Assembly (NCBI GenBank): GCA_963746915.1
Contig: CAVVDD010000011.1
Coordinates: 34,834 to 98,833, forward strand
DNA length: 64,000 bases
Direction of reading: 5' to 3'
From: an uncultured Bacteroidota bacterium
Lineage (GTDB): Bacteria; Bacteroidota; Bacteroidia; Chitinophagales; Chitinophagaceae
This document shows positions 31,481 to 42,697 of this stretch, in pieces. A program made the translations under genes and the position numbers. Every line of letters starts with the position of its first letter. The stretch's first letter is position 1. The notes beneath the pieces were generated by a model. The model did no database searches, had not been told where the DNA came from, and saw nothing but the letters and a program-made list of their open reading frames with translations.

Positions 31481-32332
31481 ATGAAAAAAAATTTATTTCT
31501 ATTAATGTTGGCTGGTTCATTATTCACAGATACGGCCATTGCACAAAAGCCATTATTCACTTCACCAATTGGTTTGCAGACCTATACATTTCGCAGAAGT
31601 ATTGGAAAAGATCCGGCTAAAGTTTTAGACACTATTAAAATGATGGGCATTACGGAGATCGAGGGCGGTGGAGGAGGAGGTTTAACATTGCAGGAGTTTA
31701 AAAAATTATGTGATGACAGGGGAATAAGCATACCATCAACCGGAACAGGATATGAACAGTTAGTAACCAAAACGGACTCGGTGGTTTACCGGGCAAAAAC
31801 ATTAGGCGCAAAATATGTAATGTGTGCATGGATACCACATGATAATAATGTGTTCACGTTGGAGAATGCAAAAAAAGCGGTGGAGGATTTTAATAAAGCA
31901 GGGAAAATTTTAAAAGAGAACGGGCTTACTTTCTGTTACCATGCACATGGCTACGAATTTCAACCATACGAAAATGGAACGCTGCTGGATTATCTTATGA
32001 AGAATACCAACCCTGAATATGTATCATTTGAAATGGATATAATGTGGATCTATTTCGGAGGTGGCGATCCCGCAGCACTTCTTAAAAAATATGGCGACCG
32101 TTGGAAACTGATGCATGTAAAAGACATGAAGAAAGGAACAAAAAGAGATCTTACAGGACTTACATCGCCAGAAAATGATGTTGCAGTTGGAACAGGTGAA
32201 TTAGATATACCTGCAATTATGCGTGAAGCAAAGAAGATCGGGATCAAGCATTATTTTATCGAAGACGAGAGCAGTAATATTATTATTCAGATCCCTCAAA
32301 CAATTGCTTATCTGAGGAGCTTGAAAGAATAG
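31481..32332 (+). CDS. sugar phosphate isomerase/epimerase (xylose isomerase-like TIM barrel), exported
   Basis: Signal peptide, then LQTYTFR...YHAHGYEF...FEMDIMW...LMHVKD...GTGELDIPAIMREAKKIGIKHYFIEDE. Confidence 0.8.
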   Translation: MKKNLFLLMLAGSLFTDTAIAQKPLFTSPIGLQTYTFRRSIGKDPAKVLDTIKMMGITEIEGGGGGGLTLQEFKKLCDDRGISIPSTGTGYEQLVTKTDSVVYRAKTLGAKYVMCAWIPHDNNVFTLENAKKAVEDFNKAGKILKENGLTFCYHAHGYEFQPYENGTLLDYLMKNTNPEYVSFEMDIMWIYFGGGDPAALLKKYGDRWKLMHVKDMKKGTKRDLTGLTSPENDVAVGTGELDIPAIMREAKKIGIKHYFIEDESSNIIIQIPQTIAYLRSLKE

Positions 32333-32347
32333 GAAGTGCTGATCCAG

Positions 32348-33715
32348 TTATACATTTTCCGGTAGCGGATGTATCCATGGTCCACGATATTTTCTTTGTA
32401 AAAGATTTGTCGCTTCTGCATCACCAACAACAATTCTTTTTATTGGATCATAGATCAATGCTCTTCCATTCAACTGCATTGAGATATTCGCAAGGATACA
32501 ACTGGCAGTGGAAATATGTCCCTGTTCAATATCGGCAACTGGCTTAATGCCTTTATCAATTGCTTCAAGAAAATTTATCATGTGCAGTCGTGTAGCTGGT
32601 GCTGCATTTAGTTCTATATCCGGTTCAGTCAGGTCTTCCGGATATTTTTCTTTTTCAAACACAACATCACCATGGATCTTTTTGCCATCACCATCAGGAA
32701 TAAAATCATATTTCATCGTACTTCCACATAATGTTCCTTTATCACCATAAATTTTAAATGACCAGGGATATTCCGGATCGGCAGGAGTGCCCCAGCTTCG
32801 TGTTGCCACACACAATTCAATCCATCATATTCAAAAATTGCAGTTTGCGTATCAGCGATATTACTTTTGCCTGTTTTATCAACATAAATTCCTCCGGTTG
32901 AACTAATGCGTTTTGGCCAGCCAAGATTCAACATCCATCTCACTGTATCGAACATATGTATGCACATATCGCCCATGATGCCATTTCCATATTCCATAAA
33001 TGTTCGCCACCAGCGTATATGCGGTAAGCCATCATAAGGACGTAAAGGTGCAGGTCCTGTCCACATTTCATAATCAAAAAAATCAGGCACTGTTTCTACA
33101 GGAGGGTTCCCATTATTGCGCATATGATAGTAACAACACATTTCCACATGCGATACTTTACCAAGCAATCCTGCATCAACAATATTTTTCTTTGCATCGA
33201 TCAGATGTGGTGTACTTCTTCGTTGCGTGCCCACCTGCACCACCCGTTTATATTTTCTTGCTGCTGCAACCATCGCTTCACCTTCCATTACATCTACGCT
33301 GATCGGTTTTTGTACATACACATGAGCACCGGATTTCATTGCATCAATTGCTGTCAATGCATGCCAGTGATCGGGTGTGCCGATCAGAACAATCTCTGGT
33401 TTTTGTTCTGACAATAATTTTCTGTAATCACCATATAAAGCCGGCTTCTTATTGATTTTGCTGACGCTGGCTTACCATGTCGGCTGCTTCATTCAATTGT
33501 TGTTTATCCACATCGCAAAGTGCTACTACATCAACCGGCGCCACCTGCATTAGCCGGAACAGATCACTTTTGCCATACCAGCCTGTACCGATCAATGCCA
33601 CTCGCCTTGGTGTTGCCTGCGAAAAAAAATTAAGATTGCTTGTCTTAAATGCAGCAAGAGCTAAAGCTGCTGAAGTATCAAGTAAAAACCGGCGACGATG
33701 TATATTTTGTTTCAT
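32348..33715 (-). pseudogene. Gfo/Idh/MocA family oxidoreductase with Tat signal, 2 frameshifts
   Basis: MKQNIHRRRFLLDTSAALALAAF. Rossmann RVALIGTGWYGKSD. IGTPDHWHALTAIDAMKSGAHVYVQKP. Split over track ORFs 33449.., 32713.. and 32348... Confidence 0.75.
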
Positions 33716-33802
33716 AAAACAAAAATTAATAAGAGCAGTGATACTTAAAGATAACGAGCTTTTAATTGTTTTTAAATTTGAAAAAATTTTCAATTCTAAA
33801 AG

Positions 33803-33833
33803 AAAAGCTCCGAATAAAACGCGGAGCTTTTTT
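33803..33833 (-). terminator. hairpin terminator after the S9 peptidase gene
   Basis: aaaagctccg-(9 nt)-cggagctttt, with flanking A/T runs on both sides. Confidence 0.6.
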
Positions 33834-33853
33834 ATCTATTATAGAACCTCTTG

Positions 33854-36303
33854 TTATTTTTTTAAAACATTTTCAAATAACTTAAATATTCTTTTATATT
33901 CATCCGTCCAGCTGCTCGGTTCAACAAATCCATGATCTTCCATCGGGTAAGAGGCCAGTTCCCAATTATCTTTTCCCAATTCAATTAATCGTTGCGTAAG
34001 TTTTACCGCATCCTGGAAATGTACATTCACATCTACCATGCCATGACAGATCAGCAAATGACCTTTTAATCCTTCAGCAAAATAAAATGGTGAACTTTTC
34101 CTGTAAGCAAGACTGTCATTAAAAGGTTCATTCAAAATATTGGATGTATAACCATGATTATAATTGGCCCAATCAGTAACAGGTCGCAATGCTGCACCGG
34201 CTGCAAATACATCCGGGGTCGGTAAACAATGCCATCAGTGTAATAAAACCACCATAAGAACCGCCATATAAACCAACATGTTTCGGATCAACACCATAAG
34301 TTTTTACCAAATAATTTACAGCATCCACATGATCACTTAAGATCTTTTCCTCCCATGAAGCGATAGATACCTGTTCTCCAGTCACGGCCATAACCTGCAC
34401 TGCCGCGATAATCAATATCCATTACATAATAGCCATTATCGGCCAGCATATTGTTGAACATGATATTCCCTGAAATAACTGCTCCACCATTTATGTGCAT
34501 TCTGTAAATAACCTGCACCATGTACAAATAGTACAGCCGGTTTATTCGGATGCGGATTTGCAGGTTTATATAATCTTGCATATACCTGTGCACCATCTCT
34601 TGCAGTAAATGTTATTACTTCAGGATCTCTCCATGCATAGGATTTGAATTCATCACTCTGTGCTTTATTGGTTATCTGTTCAGGCTTTCCCGCCGGGTTT
34701 GTTTTCCTGCAAATACAGTTCCCATGGTTTGTTTGAATAGGAGTAAAGAATGGCAAGATATTTTTCATCCGGTGAAACAGTTACCTGGTTGGCGCCGGTC
34801 ATCGTAGTAATCCGTTCTTTTTTACCATCAGCAATTGTTAAGCGATAGAATTGTTGTTCACCGGGATGCACTTCATTGGTGGTGATATAAAAATATTTTT
34901 TATCTTTGATAAGTTGCGCCTGCTGCACTTCATATTTACCGGATGTCAATGCTTTTCTTTTCACCTGTTGCTACATTGATCGTATACAGATGAGAATAGC
35001 CGGTTGCTTCGGATTGAAACCAGAAAGTATTTTCATCGATCCAACCGGTATTACGCCACCAAAACCAATGCCCGGGCCACCGATCCATGCTTCATCTCTC
35101 TGACGGTCCAGTAATTTTAATTTGCATGTGTAGCTGTATCCCATAACATCAGCCAGCGGTCTTTATTATCCTGTGAACGAATATTCAACTACTGCATATG
35201 TTCCTTTGGCGACCATACAAATGACGGCAAACGTAACAGCACGGTTAGCAGGTCTTCTTTTTTCTGTTCTTCAATTGTTTCGGATAATCTTTTACATAAT
35301 CCGGCAGATCTCTAATGCCGGGAATAGAATCGGTTTTTATTGCAAACACAGTATCTCTTTCCCGGTCATAAATAAAAAATTCAGAAGTGCCTTGTGCTGC
35401 GCCTACTTTTGTACGGCCGGGAATGTCCGTAGTAAAACCTGTTTCAGTTACATAGCTCGGAACGATCGTTGTCTTTGCATTAGTTGCTGCAGCTTTGAAT
35501 AAACGATAGCTGACAAATCTTCCATCAGGACTGATGCCAAGACCCTGTAAGGCTTTATCTTCAATATTGATGCTTCGCAGTTCTTTTGCTTTCGGTAATG
35601 TTTTATTATAAGCTTCGCCTTTATCTCTTTTTTCTTTTCTTGTCTCTTAATACTTCAAAATATTGCAGCTGATCATTCTTCAACCAGTCTTCCTGCGGAT
35701 TGCTGCTTGCATTATCATTCCTTGCAGCCTGGTTATTTCCCCGCCACCGCCGCCACCGAAATTAGTCGGGGGTGCAGCGGCAGCATCACCGGTTTTCAGA
35801 TTAGTAAGTTGCATGGTTTCACCGGATGCAATATCCCATGCATATAAATTCTGATTGCGGTTATAAACAATTTTTGTTTCATTAAAAGAAAACTGCGGAT
35901 TGGTTTCCGCATCTGCAGTTTGTGTAATGCGTTTTGTTTTACCTGTTTTTATTTCTGTATAAAAAATATCTCCATCTTTTGCAAGTACATAAGCTGTACG
36001 TGAAGTATTGTACACATAGTTTCCTGTTGCACGTGAGAACCTGTATTTCAGCAGGAGTTGACTTTAACCGGAGTTTTATTACTCAGTGTTATATAATAAA
36101 GTGAATCAGCAAGTGCCTTTTCAGGATTCCAACTAAAATAAAGTTGACTTTCCATCATTGCTCCATTGAAGATTGGAAGGAGAGGTGCCGATCCAGTTCG
36201 GATCTCTCATGATCTTTTCTACAGTTAATTTGTCTGGCTTTTGTTGTCCAAAACTTTGGAAAAAGAACAAAGCGAAAAAAAGAAAGCTCGTTAGTTTTAG
36301 CAT
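33854..36303 (-). pseudogene. S9 family serine peptidase (DPP-IV/prolyl oligopeptidase-like), at least 8 frameshifts
   Basis: Start MLKLTSFLFFALFFFQSFGQ at 36303. Beta-propeller-like N-terminal half. Catalytic GxSxGG in [16 protein letters not shown]-terminus ...[25 protein letters not shown]...MEDHGF. Many overlapping fragments in the track. Confidence 0.75.
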
Positions 36304-36462
36304 AGTAATAATTTAAGGGCCTAAATATATTGATTAACTAAATAAATACTTCTCTCAGATGGAGCAATTATATATAAGGCTGAATAAATTATTAAGCCGG
36401 GATCACATTTCCCCCTGGACACAATCGAAAAAGGATAAAATTTGTGAGGCTGAAACTAAGGA

Positions 36463-37422
36463 TCAATTTTTCATTTTCTTTTTTACCATATTATATACCT
36501 GTTCAGTACTGAAGTAAAAATCCAAAAACATTGTGAAGCCTTTTATCGGGTTTTGTTTTGCTATTTCCTCTAATGAAAGATTGTTCAGTATTCCATTTTT
36601 CACCCGGGTCTCAACAGTTGCAAGCATATCCCTGAAGGCGATAAGATCCTTTTTGTAGCATATAGGTCCATGGCCGGGAATGATCATGGTTTTATCATTG
36701 ACATGACCGATCAACATATCCATTGCATCGATCATTCCATAAATGTCGCCGCCATTTTTATCATCAATAAACGGGAAACCGTATGTAACGAAAACATCAC
36801 CTGTATGTATAACATTGGCGTTTACAAATTCAATAAAAGAATCACCGTCTGTATGTGCATTTTTAACATGATAGATCTTTATTTTTTCATTCGGTTCATT
36901 TAGAGTCAGGGAATCGCTGAATGTAATAAACGGTAAGGCTTCATAAGGATATGCTTTTTGAACCAAATTAGTTAAAGAAAGCACCTGGTCCTGCTCCATT
37001 CTTTTGCGGATATTTTCATGCGATATAATAATAGCTCCTTTTTCCCCGTACACTTTATTCCCGTCAGAATGATCGTAATGAAAGTGGGTGTTCAGAACAT
37101 ATTTTACCGGCTTCTTGCTTATCCCTTCCAGTAATTTTTTGATTTTTGGAATTAACTCGATCCATTGATCGTCTACCAGCACAAGTCCATCCGGGTTTTC
37201 ATACACAGCAATATTCCCAGCCTCTCCATCACTGATAATTGCATAAACATGATCAGCAAGTTTTATAAGTGTGTCTTTGATCTTTGTAATTGTTTTTCTT
37301 TTTTCATCGATCTCGTTTTTTACTTGAGCAAATGATTTTTCAGCGTTCAAAAAAAGGAGAGATGCGATTAATGAGAATACAGCAATGTTATTAAAACAAT
37401 TCGTTGGTTTGGTCTTACTCAT
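36463..37422 (-). CDS. MBL-fold metallo-hydrolase, exported
   Basis: HFHYDHSDGN (HxHxDH) plus downstream His/Asp ligands. N-terminal signal/anchor. Confidence 0.8.
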   Translation of the reverse strand: MSKTKPTNCFNNIAVFSLIASLLFLNAEKSFAQVKNEIDEKRKTITKIKDTLIKLADHVYAIISDGEAGNIAVYENPDGLVLVDDQWIELIPKIKKLLEGISKKPVKYVLNTHFHYDHSDGNKVYGEKGAIIISHENIRKRMEQDQVLSLTNLVQKAYPYEALPFITFSDSLTLNEPNEKIKIYHVKNAHTDGDSFIEFVNANVIHTGDVFVTYGFPFIDDKNGGDIYGMIDAMDMLIGHVNDKTMIIPGHGPICYKKDLIAFRDMLATVETRVKNGILNNLSLEEIAKQNPIKGFTMFLDFYFSTEQVYNMVKKKMKN

Positions 37423-37622
37423 ATAAAGTGGAGTTGGTGGTTTGAAGTTCTTTATGGTTCCCAGGCTTGTTTATGCCAATGTAAGTTTTTTTAACTTTGT
37501 AGTGGAATAAATTATTGTCTTAGTAATATAATATCATTGTTAGACGGGCAATTTTACCGGTATTTTTCATTCTATGAAAGACTGGCATCATTTTTAATCT
37601 AAAAAATTAAACACAAACAATT

Positions 37623-37874
37623 ATGGCAACTACAACAAAAGAAACTTTTAAAGTTCAGGGAGAAAAACTGCTGAATAAAGTAAAGGAATTGGTGAAAGAA
37701 GGAAATGTCAGAAAGATCAGCATTCACGAGAAAGATGGCAGGGAATTGATGAGTTTTCCTTTAAGCCTTGGCGTAGTTGGGGCGGTATTTGCACCGGTAC
37801 TTGCAGCTGTTGGTGCATTGGCGGCATTGATCGGTGAATGCAGCATTACTGTTGAAAGAGAAGAGAAAGATTGA
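37623..37874 (+). CDS. DUF4342-like small protein
   Basis: VRKISIHEKDGRELMSFPLSLGVVGAVFAPVLAAVGALAALIGECSITVER resembles DUF4342 as I recall it. Confidence 0.6.
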   Translation: MATTTKETFKVQGEKLLNKVKELVKEGNVRKISIHEKDGRELMSFPLSLGVVGAVFAPVLAAVGALAALIGECSITVEREEKD

Positions 37875-38000
37875 ACAATTTTGCTGGCTGTATATTTTGC
37901 CTGTCTTAGTACAGGCTTTTTGTGTTTGACCTTTTCATTATTTCATTAAATTGTAGATTATATTACAGGCGGTTTTATTTCATCGCTACAATTTTTTAAA

Positions 38001-39542
38001 ATGTCAACCAGGAAAACTTCTTTTATAACTGCACTACTTTTTCTTTTTTTAAATTTTCAGTTAAGTTCTCAAACAGCTAAGCTTCCGCGAAGCACACCGG
38101 AAACCGAAGGAGTATCTTCAAAAGGGATCGTTGATTTTTTAGATGCTATTGCACAGAGTAAAAACGAAATGCATAGTATCATGATCATTCGCCATGGCAA
38201 GGTGATCGCAGAAGGTTGGTGGAATCCTTACAGGCCTGATCTGAAACATACGCTGTATTCATTAAGCAAAAGTTTTACTTCAACAGCAATTGGTTTTGCC
38301 GTGGCTGAAAAGAAAATAAGTGTGAATGATAAAGTCATTTCTTTTTTTCCCGATAAACTTCCGGATACATTAAGCAGTAATCTTAGTGAGTTAACGATCA
38401 GGGATCTTATTACAATGTCAGCTGGCCAGGCTCCCGAACCCTCTTACATTATTGCAACCGATGATTGGATAAAAGAATTTTTTAAAGCTCCGATAGTGAA
38501 TAAACCGGGAACTGTTTTTTTGTATAATTCAGCAGCTACTTATATGCTTTCTGCCATTGTACAAAAAGTAACTGGCCAAAAAGTGATCGATTATCTAACA
38601 CCACGTTTACTCAAACCCTTAGGTATACAAAGAGTGGATTGGGAAATTGATCCAAAGGGTATTAATACCGGCGGGTGGGGCTTACGGGTAAAGACTGAAG
38701 ACATTGCAAAGTTTGGACAATTATATCTTCAAAAAGGGAAATGGAATGGTCAACAAATTTTACCAGCATCATGGGTAGAAGAGGCCACAACTTTTAAGAT
38801 CGATAATGCACCCGGAATGTCACAGGAAAGAAAAGATTCGAGTGATTGGAGACAGGGGTATTGTTACCAGTTCTGGCGTTGCAGGAATAATGGGTATCGT
38901 GGTGATGGCGCATTTGGTCAATACTGTATTGTATTGCCGGAAGAAGATGCCGTGATTGCTATCACATCCGAAACAGGAAATATGCAGGATGAGCTGAATC
39001 TTGTCTGGAAACATTTATTGCCAGCTATGCAAGCTGACCAGTCAGCATTAAATAAAAATGATGCTGCCGTTCTTAAAAATCGATTAATGCAATTGAAGCT
39101 TCCATTGCCAGCAAAACCTGATAGTGCTTTTAAAATAATTTCTGTTTCCGGAAAAAGTTTTAAGATCGATCCTAATGAAAAAAAGATAGAAAAAATTTCT
39201 TTTACTCAAAAGAATTCTGCCATTGCGCTTACGATCAAAACAAATACAAGCTCTTATGTTTTGAATTTTGGAGATGGTAAATGGGTCGAGGGAAAAACGA
39301 CACTGTTGGGCCCTTCATTGGTGGCAGCAGCAAAAGGACATTTTGAAGGATTGCCACCATCACAGATAGCCGGAAGTTATAGATGGAAAGGACCGGCTAC
39401 TTTACAAATGCAGTTAAGGTATATTGATAGTCCGCATACAGAGATCATGACTTTTTATTTCGACGGTGATAAAATTTCGGTCGATATGCTTGACAGTTTT
39501 AAAACTCCTGATAAAAAAATAACCTTAACAGGGAATCGATAA
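38001..39542 (+). CDS. serine hydrolase (beta-lactamase family), exported
   Basis: Signal peptide. SxxK in LYSLSKSFTSTAIG. 513 aa, uninterrupted. Confidence 0.8.
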   Translation: MSTRKTSFITALLFLFLNFQLSSQTAKLPRSTPETEGVSSKGIVDFLDAIAQSKNEMHSIMIIRHGKVIAEGWWNPYRPDLKHTLYSLSKSFTSTAIGFAVAEKKISVNDKVISFFPDKLPDTLSSNLSELTIRDLITMSAGQAPEPSYIIATDDWIKEFFKAPIVNKPGTVFLYNSAATYMLSAIVQKVTGQKVIDYLTPRLLKPLGIQRVDWEIDPKGINTGGWGLRVKTEDIAKFGQLYLQKGKWNGQQILPASWVEEATTFKIDNAPGMSQERKDSSDWRQGYCYQFWRCRNNGYRGDGAFGQYCIVLPEEDAVIAITSETGNMQDELNLVWKHLLPAMQADQSALNKNDAAVLKNRLMQLKLPLPAKPDSAFKIISVSGKSFKIDPNEKKIEKISFTQKNSAIALTIKTNTSSYVLNFGDGKWVEGKTTLLGPSLVAAAKGHFEGLPPSQIAGSYRWKGPATLQMQLRYIDSPHTEIMTFYFDGDKISVDMLDSFKTPDKKITLTGNR

Positions 39543-39544
39543 GA

Positions 39545-40549
39545 ATGCAACAAAAGTTTGATGAAATAAAAGTCTTAGTCACCCGCAAAATTCCTGTTCT
39601 TGGAGTTGAGATGCTTCGTAAAGAAGGATTTTCTGTTACCGCATGGCCACATGAATGGCCGATGACTGACGAGGAATTAATTGCTGAGAGCAAAAAGCAT
39701 AATGTTATTCTTTGTGTAAGTGCTGATAATATTGGTACAAATTTTATTAATAACTGTTCACATCTTAAAATGATCTCGCAGTTTGCTGTTGGCTATGATA
39801 ATATCGATGTCCCTCTTGCTACAAAACTGGGAATACCTATTGGCTATGCTCCCGGGGCAATGAATGAAGCAACGGCCGATATTGCTTTTGGATTAATGAT
39901 AGCCGTAGCAAGAAAATTCTTTTATATGCACAAAGGAATTTTAAGAGGGGAGTGGACCTATTTCAAACCAAATGCTAATCTTGGTATTGAATTCAATAAT
40001 AAAACGCTTGGCATATTCGGATTAGGAAGAATTGGTCTTGCAATGGCACGTCGTTGTAAAGGAGCTTACAATATGAATATCATTTATAGTAACAGGAAGC
40101 CGAACGTGGAAGCTGAAAAACTTTATGGTGCCAAACAAGTAAGCTTTGATGAATTGCTGCAGCAAAGTGATGTGATCTCCGTTCATTCAGTGATGAGTAA
40201 AGAAACCAAAGAGATCTTTGATAAACATGCATTCAGAAAAATGAAGCCGACCTCTATTTTTATAAATACGGCAAGAGGGGGAATTCATAATGAAAAGGAT
40301 CTTATTGATGCATTGAATAATGGCACTATTTGGGGCGCAGGTCTTGATGTCACCAACCCTGAACCGATGAAGATCGATAATCCGCTTTTAGAAATGGAAA
40401 ATGTTTGTATCCTGCCTCATATTGGTTCAGCAACTATAGAAGCAAGAAATGAAATGTCAAGAATGGCGGCAGAAAATATTATTCAGTTCTATAAGAATAA
40501 TTTTATTCCGAACATCGTGAATCCGGAGGTATTAAAGAGTAATTCATAA
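39545..40549 (+). CDS. D-isomer-specific 2-hydroxyacid dehydrogenase (glyoxylate/hydroxypyruvate reductase-like)
   Basis: LGIFGLGRIGLAMARR (GxGxxG). ARGGIHNEKDLIDAL..GAGLDV. LPHIGSAT. Confidence 0.85.
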   Translation: MQQKFDEIKVLVTRKIPVLGVEMLRKEGFSVTAWPHEWPMTDEELIAESKKHNVILCVSADNIGTNFINNCSHLKMISQFAVGYDNIDVPLATKLGIPIGYAPGAMNEATADIAFGLMIAVARKFFYMHKGILRGEWTYFKPNANLGIEFNNKTLGIFGLGRIGLAMARRCKGAYNMNIIYSNRKPNVEAEKLYGAKQVSFDELLQQSDVISVHSVMSKETKEIFDKHAFRKMKPTSIFINTARGGIHNEKDLIDALNNGTIWGAGLDVTNPEPMKIDNPLLEMENVCILPHIGSATIEARNEMSRMAAENIIQFYKNNFIPNIVNPEVLKSNS

Positions 40550-40555
40550 ATATTC

Positions 40556-41182
40556 ATGCTTAAGAAATATTTACTCCTGTTGCTTGGATTTGTATCTGTT
40601 AAACTATTTTCCCAGGAAACTGTTACTGATTCAGCAAATTCAAAATGGAATTTTTCAGCGTGGGCAGAATATTTCATATTACCGGGAGAGGAAGATTTTT
40701 TTAATCCTACTTTCTATGCACGGGGTAAATCACTTCAATTTGAAGGCCGGTATAATTATGAGGATCGGAACACAGTTTCAATTTTTACAGGATGGAGATT
40801 CAAGTTTGGTAAGGCAGTTAAATTTGTAATTGTTCCCATGGCAGGAATTATTTTTGGAAACACAGATGGTATTGCACCGGGTCTTGAAATTGAAGCATCG
40901 TATAAAAAATTTGATCTCTATTCAGAAAGCGAACATGTTTTTGATTTTAGCAGTAAGGAAAATAATTTTTTCTATATGTATTCTGAATTAGCCTTTAGTC
41001 CCATCGAGGCTATACGTACCGGTATCATGACACAAAGAACAAAAGTGTATGAAACTGACCGCGAACTTCAGCGGGGAATATTTGGAGAATATTATTTCGG
41101 AAGATTCAGGGTTGGTGCTTTTTATTTCAATCCGTTTGCAGATGATAATTTCTTAGTTGCTTCTTTCAGTGTCGATTTTTGA
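40556..41182 (+). CDS. hypothetical exported beta-barrel-like protein
   Basis: Signal peptide MLKKYLLLLLGFVSVKLFSQ, Tyr/Phe/Gly-rich alternating pattern, ends in F. Confidence 0.5.
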   Translation: MLKKYLLLLLGFVSVKLFSQETVTDSANSKWNFSAWAEYFILPGEEDFFNPTFYARGKSLQFEGRYNYEDRNTVSIFTGWRFKFGKAVKFVIVPMAGIIFGNTDGIAPGLEIEASYKKFDLYSESEHVFDFSSKENNFFYMYSELAFSPIEAIRTGIMTQRTKVYETDRELQRGIFGEYYFGRFRVGAFYFNPFADDNFLVASFSVDF

Positions 41183-41184
41183 AC

Positions 41185-42577
41185 TTATCTATTAAGGAAT
41201 AATACCCACAAAACTGCCAGCAATGGTCCAAGTATTGCGATCAAAGCACCTCCAATTCTAAAATCCTTTTGTTCCAGCATTCCCGTGCTGTAGACAATTG
41301 CATTGGGAGGTGTGGATACCGGAAGAAATAATGCTGTAGAAGTTGCCAGGCCAATAGCTAACGCAACCTGTGATTCAAAACCGATAAGAATAGCCATCCC
41401 CAAAGGAATTAACACCGTAGCTGTAGCCGAATTACTCATGATGTTTGAAAAGATCATAGTTGCATACGAAAGGATAAAAATGAAAGCTGTTGTAGGAACA
41501 TCCAATGTCCTCAATTGATTTGCATAATGATCCATGATGCCAGTAGATTGAAGCGCTTCACCAAGTGATAAACCACCTGCCACTAAAAGAAGAGTGTCCC
41601 ATGGCAATTTTTTTATATCGGCATTGTCGAGTACACCTGTAAGAGTAAGTACCACAATTGGAATTGCAGAAATTGAAGCGACGGTAATTCCATGAACAGA
41701 AGTTGTTAACCAAAACAATACCGTAACGATTATCACAGCTATAACAATTTTACGTTGTATGCCGGTCTCTTTAGTCGTTTCATTTGTTTGTTTGTTCATG
41801 AAATCAAAAGAGACTGGTGCCGCTTTTTTTACAAACACCTTAAGTAAAACAAAGCAGCTGATGGCAGTGAGTGCTGTTGCAACCGGCATTCCATACTTCA
41901 TCCAGCTTAAAAAATCAATTTTGTATCCTGAATTCTCTAATATCCCTGCAGCAATTGCATTTGGAGGAGTTCCGATAATGGTACCCATTCCGCCGACAGT
42001 GGCTGCAATAGATACACCTAATAGCAAAGCTTTACTGAAACCTGATTTACCTATAGAAGTTACCAAAGGCATAACGGCCGCAACTACCATGGCGGCTGTT
42101 GCAGTATTTGACATCAGCATGGATGCTATCATGGTGGTGAACATTACAGCAATTAAGATATTCCTCGGTTTCGTTCCTGAAAGTTTCAGTGTCGCTCTTA
42201 AAAGTTGTTGATCCAATTTTGTTTTTGTCATGGCAGTAGCCATAAAAAAACCTCCGAGCAATAACCAGATAATACTGCTCGAAAAAGTATTTACATACCT
42301 GTCGATTTTTTCAGGAGCTGAATTAAGATTTGGATTGCCAAGAGTAAAAACCAGGTAAGCAATTATGAACAGGCTTACGGCGAACGGTGGGATTGCTTCG
42401 GTTACCCATAAACCGATCGCAAAGAACATTAAAAAAAGAACATACAATTGAGAGTCGGTGAACTGGGGTTCCTTAATAAGAAAAGTTAATGCTAAAGCAA
42501 CAACTGCAGATCCAAAAAAAGAAAGGATTGCTTTTCTTCTTTTCTTTTTTTCAATCTAAGACCGTTGGTTCGCTCAT
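41185..42577 (-). CDS. DASS/SLC13 family anion (di/tricarboxylate or sulfate) permease; probable frameshift in the first ~10 codons
   Basis: Polytopic, with LWVTEAIPPFAVSL and SVSTPPNAIVYS-type hairpin motifs. The track ORF starts at a TTG (42447), but the frame is open upstream (EKKKRRKAILSFFGSAVVALALTFLI). The only ATG (42577, MSEPTVLD*) is one frame off, across a T7/A7 run at 42545..42551. Confidence 0.7.
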
Positions 42578-42697
42578 TTTGAGATCGATTTTTAATTGAG
42601 GATAAAACGTGGCTTGAAATTAGAAACTGATCTATGAATTTATGAATTATTAATCAAGGAATTTTATTAAGCTTGTTTGTAAATGAAATTGGTTTCA

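Noticed and set aside
33477-33935. 152-aa plus-strand ORF
   Set aside because: Runs antisense through the Gfo/Idh/MocA N-terminus, the terminator hairpin and the S9 3' end. No motif.
41759-42211. 150-aa plus-strand ORF
   Set aside because: Antisense to the DASS permease. A hydrophobic mirror-image ORF with no independent support.
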